The notes under the pieces were generated by a model. It saw only the letters and a list, made by a program, of their open reading frames with translations. It made no database searches and was not told where the DNA came from. This document shows positions 51,201 through 60,761 of a stretch of DNA of 64,000 nt, one piece after another (position 1 is the first letter of the stretch; every line of letters begins with the position of its first letter). The translations under genes and the position numbers were made by a program. Location of the stretch: the NCBI GenBank assembly GCA_964493825.1, contig CAZBPR010000001.1, positions 1,525 through 65,524 on the forward strand. The letters run 5' to 3'. This stretch comes from an uncultured Dactylococcopsis sp. (lineage in GTDB: Bacteria > Cyanobacteriota > Cyanobacteriia > Cyanobacteriales > Rubidibacteraceae).

Positions 51201-53701
51201 TCCCTGCTCAATTAGCCAACCAACCTGCTTCCGGAACCTTAGAAGGAACGCTAGGGATTAATCTCAACACTTATGATCTCTCCGGAGAACTAGCGCTTCT
51301 GCAGCCGACTTTAGGACGGTTTAACAGCGATCGCGCTACCGCCAACTTTACCTATTTTGATAAGATTCTTAACGTCCAAGAAGCCACTGTAATCGAACAG
51401 GAAAGCGAATATCGCGCCAGCGGTCGCCTCAACCTGAGTGAACCGACTCCAGAGTTTCAAGCCAACCTCAACATTGAACAAGGACGCATTCAAGACATTC
51501 TCAGCGCCCTGCAACTATTTGAACTCTCTGACATCAACCCCAACTTTGTTAATCCGAATTATGGTAAGGCTGAAGATCTTGATATCGCTCCAGTCGGTGT
51601 TGCCAACCAACCCATCCAAACTCAATTGCGACGGTTTTCCGAAATTAAAGCGCTCCTTGCCCAAATGCGCGCCAATGAAGACACTGCTACAGCAATTCCG
51701 CCTTTAAACTCTGCCCAAGGTAACTTTACCGGCAATCTGAGTGTGCAAGGCACCTCCTTAAATCTGCAAGATATCCAAGGGGAATTGAATCTGGAAGGAG
51801 ACGCTTGGCAATGGGGTCCTTATCAAGCCCAAAGCGTCACAGCGAAAGGAAATCTTGACAATGGCGTCATTACCTTATTACCAGTTCGTTTTGCCTCCGG
51901 AGAGAGTTTTATCAACCTTTCCGGGACAATTGGGGGACAAAACCAGTCCGCCCAGTTACAAGTCAATCAAATTCCCATTGCCGTTTTACAAAATATTATT
52001 GAAGTGCCAGATTTTATTGGTGTGAGCGGGTTTGTGAATGGCACAGCCACAGTAGCAGGAAAACAAGATAACCCCACCGCCAGAGGGGAACTCAGCGTTG
52101 AACAAGCCACACTCAATCAAACGCCTATTGAAACAATTCAGGGAAGTTTTAGTTATAACAACTCCCAACTCAATTTCTTTGCCGAGGGCTTGCTCTCAGA
52201 AGAGAGTGATCCCTTGACGGTCAGTGGCGACATTCCCTATCAATTGCCTTTTGCCATTGTCCCTCCTCCCTCAGAAGACTTAAACATTGAAATTAACCTC
52301 CAAGATGATGGTTTTGCCTTGCTTGATGTCGTCACCAATGAACAATTAACCTGGCAAGGGGGAGAAGGAACGGTTAATTTGGCCATTAACGGTCCTTTCA
52401 ACCTAGAAAATTTCCAATTTGACCAACTGAACACCACAGGGGTTGTCACCCTTTCCGAAGCCAGTATTGGCACAGCAGTTCTTCCTCAACCCTTAACCAA
52501 TATCAACAGCCGCGTTAACTTCAACTTTAATCAACTGACGGTGGAACAATTTAATGCGGACTTTGGCGGGGGGCAAGTCACAGCAACTGGAGGACTCGCT
52601 TTATTTAATCCTGCCGTTACGACGAAAAGCCTCGATCTGTCTTTAGAAGACTTAACGCTTAACCTGCCCGATCTCTACGAAGGGGACGTTGCTGGGGAGA
52701 TTAATATTGCTCAAAGCGCGATCGAGCCCGCAATTGCCGGAGCAATTACCCTATCAGACGGAGAAGTCATTTTAGCGGGACAAAATTCGGAATCAGCGGC
52801 GAATGGGGCGGCTAACAATAACCCCTCAAACATTACTTTCCGCGACTTGAACATTCAGCTTGGGGAAGATTTGAATGTGGTTCGTCCCCCAATTATGAAC
52901 TTTTTGGCAGCAGGAGATCTCACCCTCAATGGCAGTCTTGGGAATCTGCGCCCCCAAGGAACCATCACCTTAGAACGGGGTCAAGTGAATTTAGGACCGA
53001 CTCAGTTTCGCTTAGCCAGAGGGTATGAACAAACGGCGACTTTTATTCCGACCCAAGGGTTAGATCCGACACTGAATGTACGCTTAGTAACATCCGTTGC
53101 TGAAACCAGTGGCAATCTTAGTAATGACAGAGCCGTTACCGAAGCCAGTACGGGGATTAACGCTGGCGTAGGCACTTTACAATCTGTGCAAGTGGAAGCG
53201 TTAGTGCAAGGACGTGCCAGTGAACTCCAACCCGGATCTTTAAGAGCCAATAATGATGTGTTGACCTTAAGTAGCGATCCCAATCGCAGTGAAACGGAAA
53301 TTCTGGCTTTGCTAGGAGGTGGCTTAACCAGTGGTTTTGGACAAGGAAATACGGCATTAGGACTAGCCAATTTAGCTGGTTCCACTTTTTTAGGACGCTT
53401 TCAAAATACCATTGGCGACGCTTTAGGTTTAAGCGAATTTCGGATTTTTCCCACTCTGATTCCTACAGAAACAGAAGAAGGAGAAGGAGAAGAAACCACG
53501 GATTCAACATTAGGATTTGCGGCAGAAGCAGGGGTGGATCTCAGCAATGATCTGTCCGTTTCTGTCCTGACTATTTTTAATGCGGAACAGCCTTTTCAAT
53601 ATAGTATTCGTTACCGTTTGAGCGATGACATTTTATTACGAGGCTCGACTGATTTATCGGATAATCAGAGCGTAACGGTTGAATATGAAACGCGATTCTA
53701 A
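48251..53701 (+). CDS. tamB: Translocation/assembly module TamB (DUF490) family protein
   Basis: 1816 aa with an N-terminal TM anchor, beta-taco repeats, C-terminal DP.L.V, L.S.P..SE.EILALL and terminal EYETRF. Confidence 0.88.
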   Translation: MSAQPNSQPDSSSETSVPEPSPSSPPRPPWLRSLLILILVGLGGAAVYGWYFLNYRLSATVAKSLSTLLSRPVEVGDLEAFSFTALTFGESVIPPTADNAEAATISAVEVDFTPFKLLTQQTIELDVTLVKPDITVEQTPEWKWLTTELTPQPPGAIDIKLKTLALENTRLTLVPRNPAGALESPVHLSLPQVDSQFLDNNQRIQFQVNNLSVAEAQGNLDLEGEARLESGEVELALTTDQLAIAELARLVASPLDISQGTLSAQTKISLNFDGSLPSFQGTAELNNFEGKLDQFTTAIENTNAKLRLAGQDIIVETLNTEFGDINATAQGTINLAQGYDLKANVEPTPVAKLLSAVNVDPSEIPISGTIEANLAITGPLDNPQIDITAKSTQTTTVDQVKISRLQTELSVQGTQVKIENFQGTPETGGTITAKGTLNLSGNRQIALNFEVKEVSGEIIRPYQENLPDDLGTLNASGEITGALSDWKSLKGQGTANLAIADGTVTLPQLQLAQGRLQAQINVNALQPEQLSEQLPPQLQNPLSGEFRLDADIADFSPEKLRVTGSGSLSIPQGELAATDLNLNQGQLTADLQLSNIPIALLAPQTPPEFNELLSAQFQVNADIEEFALNQIQGTGSGSITTKGSHQNQQIALNNLRLNQGNWEGNLQANNFNLSPFVPNLPPQFQNTLIDTQLNARGTLENLTPAGITVQGTARASQIAGGSVTADVLRLDEGVFQIVATPKDIQLSQLSDQLRGKLAGEVSVKGTLDNLTPAGMTGQANLNLSEGLALITNPLSTRLSWDGQQVILEEAQAENFFAEGIIELDFDQQGQEIVEQINLTVDAQQLDLEQLPFPQPQAVGQIDVQGFADFSGTITGNLIQPEAEGSMRLQNFGVEGFIFDPEMTGGIQVNAAQGVRLNLIGKSDIPDRIELALSSPQPNRLLPLEPASFFIKRDDAIAQGTRQDDTLQVTLDEIPLDLLKDVAPLPAQLANQPASGTLEGTLGINLNTYDLSGELALLQPTLGRFNSDRATANFTYFDKILNVQEATVIEQESEYRASGRLNLSEPTPEFQANLNIEQGRIQDILSALQLFELSDINPNFVNPNYGKAEDLDIAPVGVANQPIQTQLRRFSEIKALLAQMRANEDTATAIPPLNSAQGNFTGNLSVQGTSLNLQDIQGELNLEGDAWQWGPYQAQSVTAKGNLDNGVITLLPVRFASGESFINLSGTIGGQNQSAQLQVNQIPIAVLQNIIEVPDFIGVSGFVNGTATVAGKQDNPTARGELSVEQATLNQTPIETIQGSFSYNNSQLNFFAEGLLSEESDPLTVSGDIPYQLPFAIVPPPSEDLNIEINLQDDGFALLDVVTNEQLTWQGGEGTVNLAINGPFNLENFQFDQLNTTGVVTLSEASIGTAVLPQPLTNINSRVNFNFNQLTVEQFNADFGGGQVTATGGLALFNPAVTTKSLDLSLEDLTLNLPDLYEGDVAGEINIAQSAIEPAIAGAITLSDGEVILAGQNSESAANGAANNNPSNITFRDLNIQLGEDLNVVRPPIMNFLAAGDLTLNGSLGNLRPQGTITLERGQVNLGPTQFRLARGYEQTATFIPTQGLDPTLNVRLVTSVAETSGNLSNDRAVTEASTGINAGVGTLQSVQVEALVQGRASELQPGSLRANNDVLTLSSDPNRSETEILALLGGGLTSGFGQGNTALGLANLAGSTFLGRFQNTIGDALGLSEFRIFPTLIPTETEEGEGEETTDSTLGFAAEAGVDLSNDLSVSVLTIFNAEQPFQYSIRYRLSDDILLRGSTDLSDNQSVTVEYETRF

Positions 53702-53827
53702 TTATTTTTTTGAAGTGGTGAGAGTTAAATTTCAATTAACCTTTTGTTAATTTGATCATGATGAAATACTTCGAGAAACTTCCTATGATTGAAATGAAAT
53801 TACAAAATTATCACTTATTCAGTCACC

Positions 53828-55012
53828 ATGGCATCACTAAATTTGACTCCCCTGAATCCCAATTCAACCCTTGCTGATTTAGAAACTCATCAGTATCAGG
53901 TCAATGCCGACACGCGAGGAGAAGTGGTTGCCAATGAGTTTCATGATGATCCTAATCTGCCTGGAGTCATTATTACGGAAGGGAACCAACTACTAGGGGT
54001 GATTTCAAAGCGTAAATTCCTCGAGCAGATGAGCCAACCTTACAGCTTAGAATTATATCTGCATCGCCCGATTCGAGTCTTGCTAGAGGTGATGGCAACT
54101 GACACACTGACATTGGAACAACACTGTCGCATTGATCAAGCAGTAAAACACGCTCTGAGTCGCTCCTTAGATTTACTTTATGAACCCATCCTGATTGTCA
54201 AGGATGATCAATCGTTAGAATTATTAGAACTCCATAATTTACTATTAGCTCAATCCAAAATTTTTGCCCAAGTTAATAAACTCATTAGCCATCAAAAAGA
54301 ACAGGCTCGCCAATACGCTGATAACTTAAAAAAAGAACAGGCGAAAGTCAAAGAATATACCCGTCAATTAGAACAACAACAACTAGAAGCACAAAGACGC
54401 AATCAGGTATTGGAAATGCAACAGGCAAAATTATCTCGACAAGCCAATGCTATTTCCCAGTTAAACGAACGTTTTGTGCAGTTAGGGGAATTACTCTCTT
54501 TTGAAGGCAAAGAAACTTTTGTCCAAATGTTGAGTAGTGTCGAAGCAATTTCTGATTATACGGCACGGATTATGAAAATCGGTGACAGATTTAACGAAGA
54601 ATTAGAAGCAGTCAACAGAGCAACGCAACTGATTGAGCGTATTAGCCAACAAGTCCGAAATTTATCGATTCAAGCGGCATTAGCAGCGAATCGACCCGAA
54701 AGTGGCAGTTCTGGGCAAAGGAGTGGTTTGAGTCGGATTACGACCGAAATTGGCAATTTAGGGACGAAAACCTTTGAAGCCACCACAGAAGTCAACCAAA
54801 TTGCCTATCGCTTCGAGCATCAAATTAAAGACTTAACGACCGCAGCGCAAGAAAGTGAAACGGTTGCGCGATCGCTGGTTCAACGCTCTCAACAAACTCA
54901 ACAAGCCCTTGAAGAGCTAGAACGCCTGCTTAATGAGTACAAAGAAGACACTACCTCGATTGACGGGCACTGTTCAGAGTACACAAAACCCGAAGCTGGT
55001 TCGGTTCATTGA
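53828..55012 (+). CDS. Soluble CBS-domain protein with a degenerate MCP signalling domain
   Basis: N-terminal CBS-like pair (LPGVII..G..LLGVIS), coiled coil, and ISQQVRNLSIQAALAANR...GLSRITTEIGNL resembling an MCP hairpin tip. Confidence 0.7.
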   Translation: MASLNLTPLNPNSTLADLETHQYQVNADTRGEVVANEFHDDPNLPGVIITEGNQLLGVISKRKFLEQMSQPYSLELYLHRPIRVLLEVMATDTLTLEQHCRIDQAVKHALSRSLDLLYEPILIVKDDQSLELLELHNLLLAQSKIFAQVNKLISHQKEQARQYADNLKKEQAKVKEYTRQLEQQQLEAQRRNQVLEMQQAKLSRQANAISQLNERFVQLGELLSFEGKETFVQMLSSVEAISDYTARIMKIGDRFNEELEAVNRATQLIERISQQVRNLSIQAALAANRPESGSSGQRSGLSRITTEIGNLGTKTFEATTEVNQIAYRFEHQIKDLTTAAQESETVARSLVQRSQQTQQALEELERLLNEYKEDTTSIDGHCSEYTKPEAGSVH

Positions 55013-55076
55013 TCACAAAACGTTAAAATTAGACTAAAATAGATAAGTTTTTTGTGAATTTATTTTTAGTGTTTTT

Positions 55077-55286
55077 ATGTTCTTTAGCGAACTGACACCA
55101 ATCTTAAAAGAACTAACCCAACAACCGATTACATTTACTGGGGGATTAGTTTCTGGGATATTACGCCTCAACCCGAATCAGGATCCTCTCAAAAGCTGGT
55201 TATCTCAACAAGGAGCAACCGCCTCCAATTCAGGAACTTACCAAAGTCAAGGCGAGCACCCTCCCCAAACCATCGATATTGAATAA
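55077..55286 (+). CDS. Small conserved cyanobacterial hypothetical protein
   Basis: MFFSELTP...QQP..F.GG.VSG.LRL....DPL.SWL...PQTIDIE pattern. Confidence 0.7.
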   Translation: MFFSELTPILKELTQQPITFTGGLVSGILRLNPNQDPLKSWLSQQGATASNSGTYQSQGEHPPQTIDIE

Positions 55287-55979
55287 CCTTTAAGGCAGCA
55301 ACCGTTAACGGTATGAACCCCCTCATTTGTCAGGAAGTAATGAGAAAAGCTCGTTATTCTTCAGTAATGACTGAATGCCAAGTCTCTCAATTTAGCCGCA
55401 AGCTCAATGGGAGCGATTATGATGAAATTAAGTTGCATTTCCTGAGCAATGCTCTACTTTTCCCTGTCATTGACGAAGGCAATGATTAAAATATTCTCAG
55501 GGGTTTCAATTGACCAGCTTCCATCTCAATGGCACACTCAACATCGTCTCTAGTCAAACCGTTCCTGGTTGGGGGCTGCACCCATATTCTCTGCTGGTGC
55601 GAAAATGATGATGAATGTGCTAAAAGAGTTAAACAGTGGCAATTAATACAGTGATTAAAAACATGAAGCAACTTAACCGTAAGGACAGATTTGATGGACT
55701 CTTATCTAATAGAAAAAATTGCTTCTGATGTAAATCTTTTTATCCACCCCGCTCATGATCAAAACGTGGGCAATGCTCATCGGAGTCGTTGTCATTTTGG
55801 TAAGAAAGGCTACAATCATGGCTAGGCGTTTTCTGTTCCACCCTCTCACCCGCCGTGAGGAAAAGTATCACTCAACCTTGAAGAGGGAAGCGACAGGAAA
55901 AGTAGCAATGAAATCTCAACTAATAAATGATTGATCATCATTTTCAGATGAAAACAGCAAGGAGTAAGAGGAAAACGGC

Positions 55980-57167
55980 ATGATGCAGGTACACGCACTA
56001 ACCAGCCAGCAGCAAAAAACTGAATTGGAACGCTTAATTGAAGAACAAAGTCACGAAGCAGCGCAAGGAAATACGGTCCCCCTCGAAGTTGAACCAGCCG
56101 ATTCCGATTTAGAAAAAGAAGCGTTGCTAGAAGCAGAAGAAGCATCAGAAGAAGTGCCGACCAAAGCGGTTACTGCAGCAAAAGAGGACAATAACAAAGA
56201 GGATAGTAAAAAGAAGTCTTATACTGAAGATTCAATCCGTCTTTACCTGCAAGAAATTGGTCGCATTCGCTTGCTGCGGGCTGATGAAGAAATTGAGTTA
56301 GCGCGAAAAATTGCCGATCTACTAGAGTTAGAACGCAAACGGACTGAATTAGAAGCGACTATCGGCTGTGAACCCACGGATGAAGAGTGGGCGCAAGAGG
56401 TAGATATGCCGTTGCCAAAGTTTCGCCGTCGCCTAATGCTGGGGCGCAGAGCGAAAGAGAAAATGGTGCAATCCAACTTGCGGTTAGTGGTATCCATTGC
56501 GAAAAAATATATGAATCGTGGACTATCGTTTCAGGATTTGATTCAAGAGGGGTCTTTGGGATTGATCCGTGCGGCGGAAAAATTTGATCATGAAAAGGGC
56601 TACAAGTTTTCCACTTATGCGACTTGGTGGATTCGACAAGCCATTACCCGCGCGATCGCGGATCAGTCGCGAACCATTCGTCTTCCCGTTCACTTATATG
56701 AAACGATTTCTCGCATTAAGAAAACCACGAAACTGCTTTCGCAAGAGTTAGGGCGTAAACCCACCGAAGAGGAAATTGCCGAACGCATGGAAATGACCAT
56801 CGAAAAGCTACGGTTCATTGCCAAATCGGCGCAGCTTCCCATCTCTTTAGAAACGCCGATTGGTAAAGAAGAAGATTCTCGGTTGGGGGATTTTATTGAA
56901 GCAGATGGAGAAACGCCAGAAGATGAAGTGTCTAAGAGTTTACTGCGAGAAGATTTAGAAGATGTTTTAGATACCCTCAGTCCTCGCGAACGGGATGTTC
57001 TGCGCTTGCGTTATGGTTTAGAAGATGGGCGCATGAAAACTTTAGAAGAAATTGGACAAATCTTTAATGTGACACGGGAGCGCATCCGACAAATTGAAGC
57101 TAAAGCATTGAGAAAGTTGCGCCATCCCAACCGCAACAGTATTTTAAAAGAATATATTCGCACCTAA
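55980..57167 (+). CDS. sigA: Primary RNA polymerase sigma factor SigA/RpoD
   Basis: [54 protein letters not shown] and region 4 [19 protein letters not shown]. Confidence 0.96.
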   Translation: MMQVHALTSQQQKTELERLIEEQSHEAAQGNTVPLEVEPADSDLEKEALLEAEEASEEVPTKAVTAAKEDNNKEDSKKKSYTEDSIRLYLQEIGRIRLLRADEEIELARKIADLLELERKRTELEATIGCEPTDEEWAQEVDMPLPKFRRRLMLGRRAKEKMVQSNLRLVVSIAKKYMNRGLSFQDLIQEGSLGLIRAAEKFDHEKGYKFSTYATWWIRQAITRAIADQSRTIRLPVHLYETISRIKKTTKLLSQELGRKPTEEEIAERMEMTIEKLRFIAKSAQLPISLETPIGKEEDSRLGDFIEADGETPEDEVSKSLLREDLEDVLDTLSPRERDVLRLRYGLEDGRMKTLEEIGQIFNVTRERIRQIEAKALRKLRHPNRNSILKEYIRT

Positions 57168-57203
57168 AGCTAAAACTTTTATTCCAGTTTAAAAATTACA
57201 AAT

Positions 57204-57237
57204 GCTGGGGGAGTTAGTGAATTCCCCCCAGCTTTTT
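57204..57237 (+). terminator. Intrinsic terminator after sigA
   Basis: GCTGGGGGA...TCCCCCCAGC followed by TTTTT. Confidence 0.8.
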
Positions 57238-57325
57238 GCTATAATACTTCAGCGAATATCTTAAATTTAGATCAGGGTGAGAAGGAAGAGTCGTCCTTCT
57301 TCCCCTATTCCTATAAAAATTGGGT

Positions 57326-57475
57326 TTAGAGAAGTCCCCAGAAGTGGAGAACGCCTTGTCCACTTAGAATTTCGGTGAGCAATGCAGCGATAAACCCGAT
57401 CATTGCTAGACGGCCATTCCAATTTTCTGCGGAAGTGTTGAAGCCAAATTTGAAATCGTTGGGATTTTCTTGCAT
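57326..57475 (-). CDS. hli: High-light-inducible protein (Hli/Scp), tandem copy 2 (absent from the ORF track)
   Basis: [49 protein letters not shown]; ExxNGRxAM chlorophyll-binding motif; GAGG RBS. Confidence 0.93.
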   Translation of the reverse strand: MQENPNDFKFGFNTSAENWNGRLAMIGFIAALLTEILSGQGVLHFWGLL

Positions 57476-57527
57476 AGTAACCTCTTAATGAATTAATACG
57501 AGTGCAATCAACTTGATAAAATTGGGT

Positions 57528-57677
57528 TTAGAGAAGTCCCCAGAAGTGAAGGACGCCTTGTCCGCTCAGGATTTCGGTAAGTAATGCGGCAATAAAGCCG
57601 ATCATTGCTAAACGACCATTCCAGTTTTCTGCAGCAGTGTTGAAACCAAATTTGAAATCGTTGCGATTTTCTTCCAT
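57528..57677 (-). CDS. hli: High-light-inducible protein (Hli/Scp), tandem copy 1
   Basis: [49 protein letters not shown]; GAGG RBS supports a start at 57677. Confidence 0.93.
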   Translation of the reverse strand: MEENRNDFKFGFNTAAENWNGRLAMIGFIAALLTEILSGQGVLHFWGLL

Positions 57678-57714
57678 GATGACCTCTTGATGAATAAATG
57701 CTAGTGCGATTAAC

Positions 57715-57732
57715 TCTGTAAACAAATGTAAC
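57715..57732 (-). promoter_or_regulatory. HLR1 (RpaB-binding) direct repeat upstream of the hli pair
   Basis: Minus strand GTTACATT-TG-TTTACAGA matches (G/T)TTACA(T/A)(T/A)-N2 repeated twice, with one mismatch in the second half-site. Confidence 0.78.
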
Positions 57733-57815
57733 TAAAGTTTGCAAAAAAAGCAATCATCTGTAAGGAATAGAAGCATTGCTTTTGCCAATGTTATCAATTA
57801 CCCCATTTCGAGTCG

Positions 57816-58130
57816 ATGTTAGATAAACAAACCCTTTTTGCAGCGTCTTTATTTCCCTATTTAGGTTTTCTTTGGTTTATGACGCGATCGCGCCAATTTC
57901 CCCGTTTAGCAGTGATTGGATTCTATGTCCTGCTAATATTTGTTCTGGTGACGATTCCAGCAGGAATTTATGCCCAGCGCGTTTATGGCGAGTCCTTAGC
58001 AAACGTCGATTGGCTACATGGGAGTGCCGAATCGTTTCTCACTCTCTCTAACATTTTGGTCGCGTTAGGGTTTCAAGCTGCACTGCGACGCCAACAAACT
58101 GCTTCTTCGGATCAAAAAGAACAAACATGA
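57816..58130 (+). CDS. DUF3593 family membrane protein
   Basis: LFAASLFPYLGFL and LANVDWLHGSAESFLTLSN motifs. Confidence 0.82.
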   Translation: MLDKQTLFAASLFPYLGFLWFMTRSRQFPRLAVIGFYVLLIFVLVTIPAGIYAQRVYGESLANVDWLHGSAESFLTLSNILVALGFQAALRRQQTASSDQKEQT

Positions 58131-58888
58131 CTTTCTCCCCTGAAAGCAATCGCTTATCAACGCCTCCGGAACCCGCCACTGTTTTGGGGATTCCGGTTCA
58201 TCTTTTATCTGATTATGTCAGCTGGTTACAACAGCGTTGGCAGGAAGGAAAAGGAAGCCATGTGGTGACTTTAAATGCCGAAATGGTGATGTTAGCTAGA
58301 AAAGATCAGCAACTCGCCAACGCGATCGCGCAAGCGGATTTAATCATTCCGGATGGAGCGGGGGTGATTCTTTCTCTTAATCTCCAAGGGAAAAAACAAC
58401 AACGTCTTCCCGGCATTGAATTAGCCGCTGCTCTCTTCAAGCAGATGGCACAAGGCCAGATCAAAGGAGAAATTTTGTTCTATGGGGGAGTTCCCGGACG
58501 AGCCGAAGCTGCTGCCCAATACTGGCGTCAGCAATATTCTGAACTCAGCATTCAAACCGCACATGGCTATCTCTCGGAAGAAGAACAAACGACACTCCAT
58601 GACAAACTAAGCAAACAGCAGCCCCAACTGATTTTAGTGGGGTTAGGAGTGCCTCGGCAGGAGCTTTGGATTGCTCAAAACCGTCATTTGTGTCCCCAAG
58701 CCATTTGGATTGGCGTGGGTGGCGCCTTTGATATTTGGGGGGGGGCCAAATCACGAGCGCCGGCTTGGTTTTGTGAAAACAACTTGGAATGGTTATACCG
58801 TTTATACCAAGAGCCGTCCCGTTGGCGACGGATGCTGGTGTTGCCCTTATTTGCTTGGGCTGCCCTCATCACGCGCAATCGCGGTTAA
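58127..58888 (+). CDS. WecB/TagA/CpsF family glycosyltransferase
   Basis: TLNAE, PDGAG, VGLGVPRQE, GVGGAFD and LEWLYRL..EP.RWRR motifs. Confidence 0.93.
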   Translation: MTFSPESNRLSTPPEPATVLGIPVHLLSDYVSWLQQRWQEGKGSHVVTLNAEMVMLARKDQQLANAIAQADLIIPDGAGVILSLNLQGKKQQRLPGIELAAALFKQMAQGQIKGEILFYGGVPGRAEAAAQYWRQQYSELSIQTAHGYLSEEEQTTLHDKLSKQQPQLILVGLGVPRQELWIAQNRHLCPQAIWIGVGGAFDIWGGAKSRAPAWFCENNLEWLYRLYQEPSRWRRMLVLPLFAWAALITRNRG

Positions 58889-58889
58889 C

Positions 58890-59237
58890 TTAACCGGCTA
58901 CTTTATCTAAAAGCTGCCATTGTGAATATTCCACGAGTGCCTGTTGCAGCAAATCGAACATTTGACGACAGTGATTATCAGTTTGCAATGGTAATTCCTC
59001 GTTTTTCATGACTAAATTCATGCGGATTGACTCTGGGGTTGCTGTTGTGCGGTCAATTAAGACTTCCGTTGTGACTAGTTTCGGAAACGGCGCCCGATTG
59101 GTCACTTCCCGCGCCATAATGTATTCTCCGGTATCATAGATGATTTCGAGATGACAGGATTCTAAAATCTCAACCAGTGAGGCTTGGAGGCGTTCTAACG
59201 GAATCGCAACCGAAAATGTGCAGGTATATCGAGCCAT
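58890..59237 (-). CDS. Conserved cyanobacterial hypothetical protein
   Basis: MARYTC...EVLID...KNEELPLQTDNHCRQMF. Confidence 0.75.
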   Translation of the reverse strand: MARYTCTFSVAIPLERLQASLVEILESCHLEIIYDTGEYIMAREVTNRAPFPKLVTTEVLIDRTTATPESIRMNLVMKNEELPLQTDNHCRQMFDLLQQALVEYSQWQLLDKVAG

Positions 59238-59315
59238 AATGGAATGGGGAATAATACAGGTTAAGCGTCTTTACTCATCATATTATCGAACCTCGCTCCC
59301 TCCTTATCAAGAGAG

Positions 59316-59427
59316 TTGACAATTAACGATTCACAATTGAAAATTGACAGTTGGTTATCCGTCATTGGTCAGAGATCAATTGCAACAAACAACCAATGAC
59401 TAATGACAAAGGACAAAGGACAAACAA
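59316..59427. repeat. Degenerate heptamer (STRR-like) repeats in two orientations
   Basis: ATTGACA-type units, then gtcattggt, then accaatgac taatgac aaaggac aaaggac. Confidence 0.55.
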
Positions 59428-59428
59428 T

Positions 59429-60241
59429 ATGAAATCATATCTGGCGGCTGCAATTCAGATCACCAGTCAACCTGATTTGGAGAAAAATTTGGCGACTGCA
59501 GCGGACTTAGTGGAATTAGCAGTGCGCAGAGGGGCACAGTTAGTCACCCTTCCGGAAAATTTTTCTTTTATGGGAGAGGAAACGGAAAAGGTGCAACAAG
59601 CGAGCGCGATCGCGCAGCACACAGAAAAATTCTTGAAAACGATGGCACAACGCTATCAAATCACCATTTTCGGTGGCGGCTTTCCGATTCCCGTTGCCGA
59701 TGGCAAAGTCTCCAATACGGCATTGATGATTGATGCCAATGGTGAAGAGTTAGCGCGTTATGAAAAAGTGCATTTGTTTGATGTGAATCTCCCCGATGGC
59801 AATACCTACCAAGAATCACAAACGGTAAAAGCCGGGCTGTCGCTGCCCCCTTTATTTATCTCTCCCGAATATGGAAAAATCGGATTGTCCGTTTGCTACG
59901 ACGTTCGTTTCCCGGAACTTTATCGGCAGCTCTCGAAACAGGGGGCAGAGGTTCTTCTCATTCCCGCTGCCTTTACCGCCTACACGGGAAAAGACCATTG
60001 GCAAGTCTTATTACAAGCCCGTGCGATTGAAAATACCGCTTATGTCATTGCCCCCGCTCAAACGGGTCATCATTATGCGCGCCGCCAAAGTCATGGTCAC
60101 GCCATGATTATTGATCCCTGGGGGATTGTTTTAAGTGATGCGGGAGAAGATCCAGGGGTCGCGATCGCTGAAATTAATCCCTCCCGCTTAGAACAAGTGC
60201 GGCGTCAGATGCCATCCTTGCAACATAGTGTGTTTATCTAA
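59429..60241 (+). CDS. Carbon-nitrogen hydrolase (Nit1/deaminated glutathione amidase type)
   Basis: LPENF, YEKVHLFDV, VCYDVRFPE and LQARAIEN motifs; start at MKSYLAAA. Confidence 0.92.
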   Translation: MKSYLAAAIQITSQPDLEKNLATAADLVELAVRRGAQLVTLPENFSFMGEETEKVQQASAIAQHTEKFLKTMAQRYQITIFGGGFPIPVADGKVSNTALMIDANGEELARYEKVHLFDVNLPDGNTYQESQTVKAGLSLPPLFISPEYGKIGLSVCYDVRFPELYRQLSKQGAEVLLIPAAFTAYTGKDHWQVLLQARAIENTAYVIAPAQTGHHYARRQSHGHAMIIDPWGIVLSDAGEDPGVAIAEINPSRLEQVRRQMPSLQHSVFI

Positions 60242-60708
60242 ACATCACCGCGAATTTCTTGGATCACCCCATCTTTAATGACGACTTCCACATTCATTTT
60301 TTGAACTAAATTATCGCCAACTTGAACCCGAACAAAACTATCGAGTTGTCCTTGACTCACTTCTTGCCCTTCCTCCAATAGCTGGACTTGTTGCAACTGT
60401 TGGAGGGCTTGATTTTTTTGTTCAGTGACCTTGCTTTTTTGTTGATTGAGTTGGTTTTGGATATTGCGCAGTTGTTGTTGGACTTGGGGATCGCTGGGAT
60501 TACTGCCTTGTTGAGTCACTTGCGAGATCGCGCTTTGTCCTTGATTTTCTAACTGTTGGAGCTGTCCATCCTGCTGATTAATTTGCGATTGTAACTGTTG
60601 CTGCACTTCTTCTTTCCAGCGCTGGGTTACAATCACTTTTAAATTAATCGGACGCTTGACTAATAAATTTTTATTTTCTGGGTTCATTGTTTCTTCTAAA
60701 TTAACCAT
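60238..60708 (-). CDS. YlqD family protein
   Basis: KRPINLKVIVT..WKEE, Gln-rich coiled coil and VGDNL..KM.VEV..KDG.I.EIR. Confidence 0.85.
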   Translation of the reverse strand: MVNLEETMNPENKNLLVKRPINLKVIVTQRWKEEVQQQLQSQINQQDGQLQQLENQGQSAISQVTQQGSNPSDPQVQQQLRNIQNQLNQQKSKVTEQKNQALQQLQQVQLLEEGQEVSQGQLDSFVRVQVGDNLVQKMNVEVVIKDGVIQEIRGDV

Positions 60709-60761
60709 TACACAGCCTCAAACCGGTTCTCTTTCCAGATCAATTGCTTGCGTTCAGGACG

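Noticed and set aside
48412-53385. Multiple antisense ORFs within tamB and other long genes
   Set aside because: Typical codon-bias shadows with no independent coding evidence.
55486-56145. Minus-strand ORFs of 61 and 99 aa near sigA
   Set aside because: No recognisable motifs; one is largely antisense to sigA.
59351-59428. N-terminal extension of the nitrilase ORF (MTNDKGQRTN)
   Set aside because: This is translated heptamer repeat sequence, not a conserved protein region.
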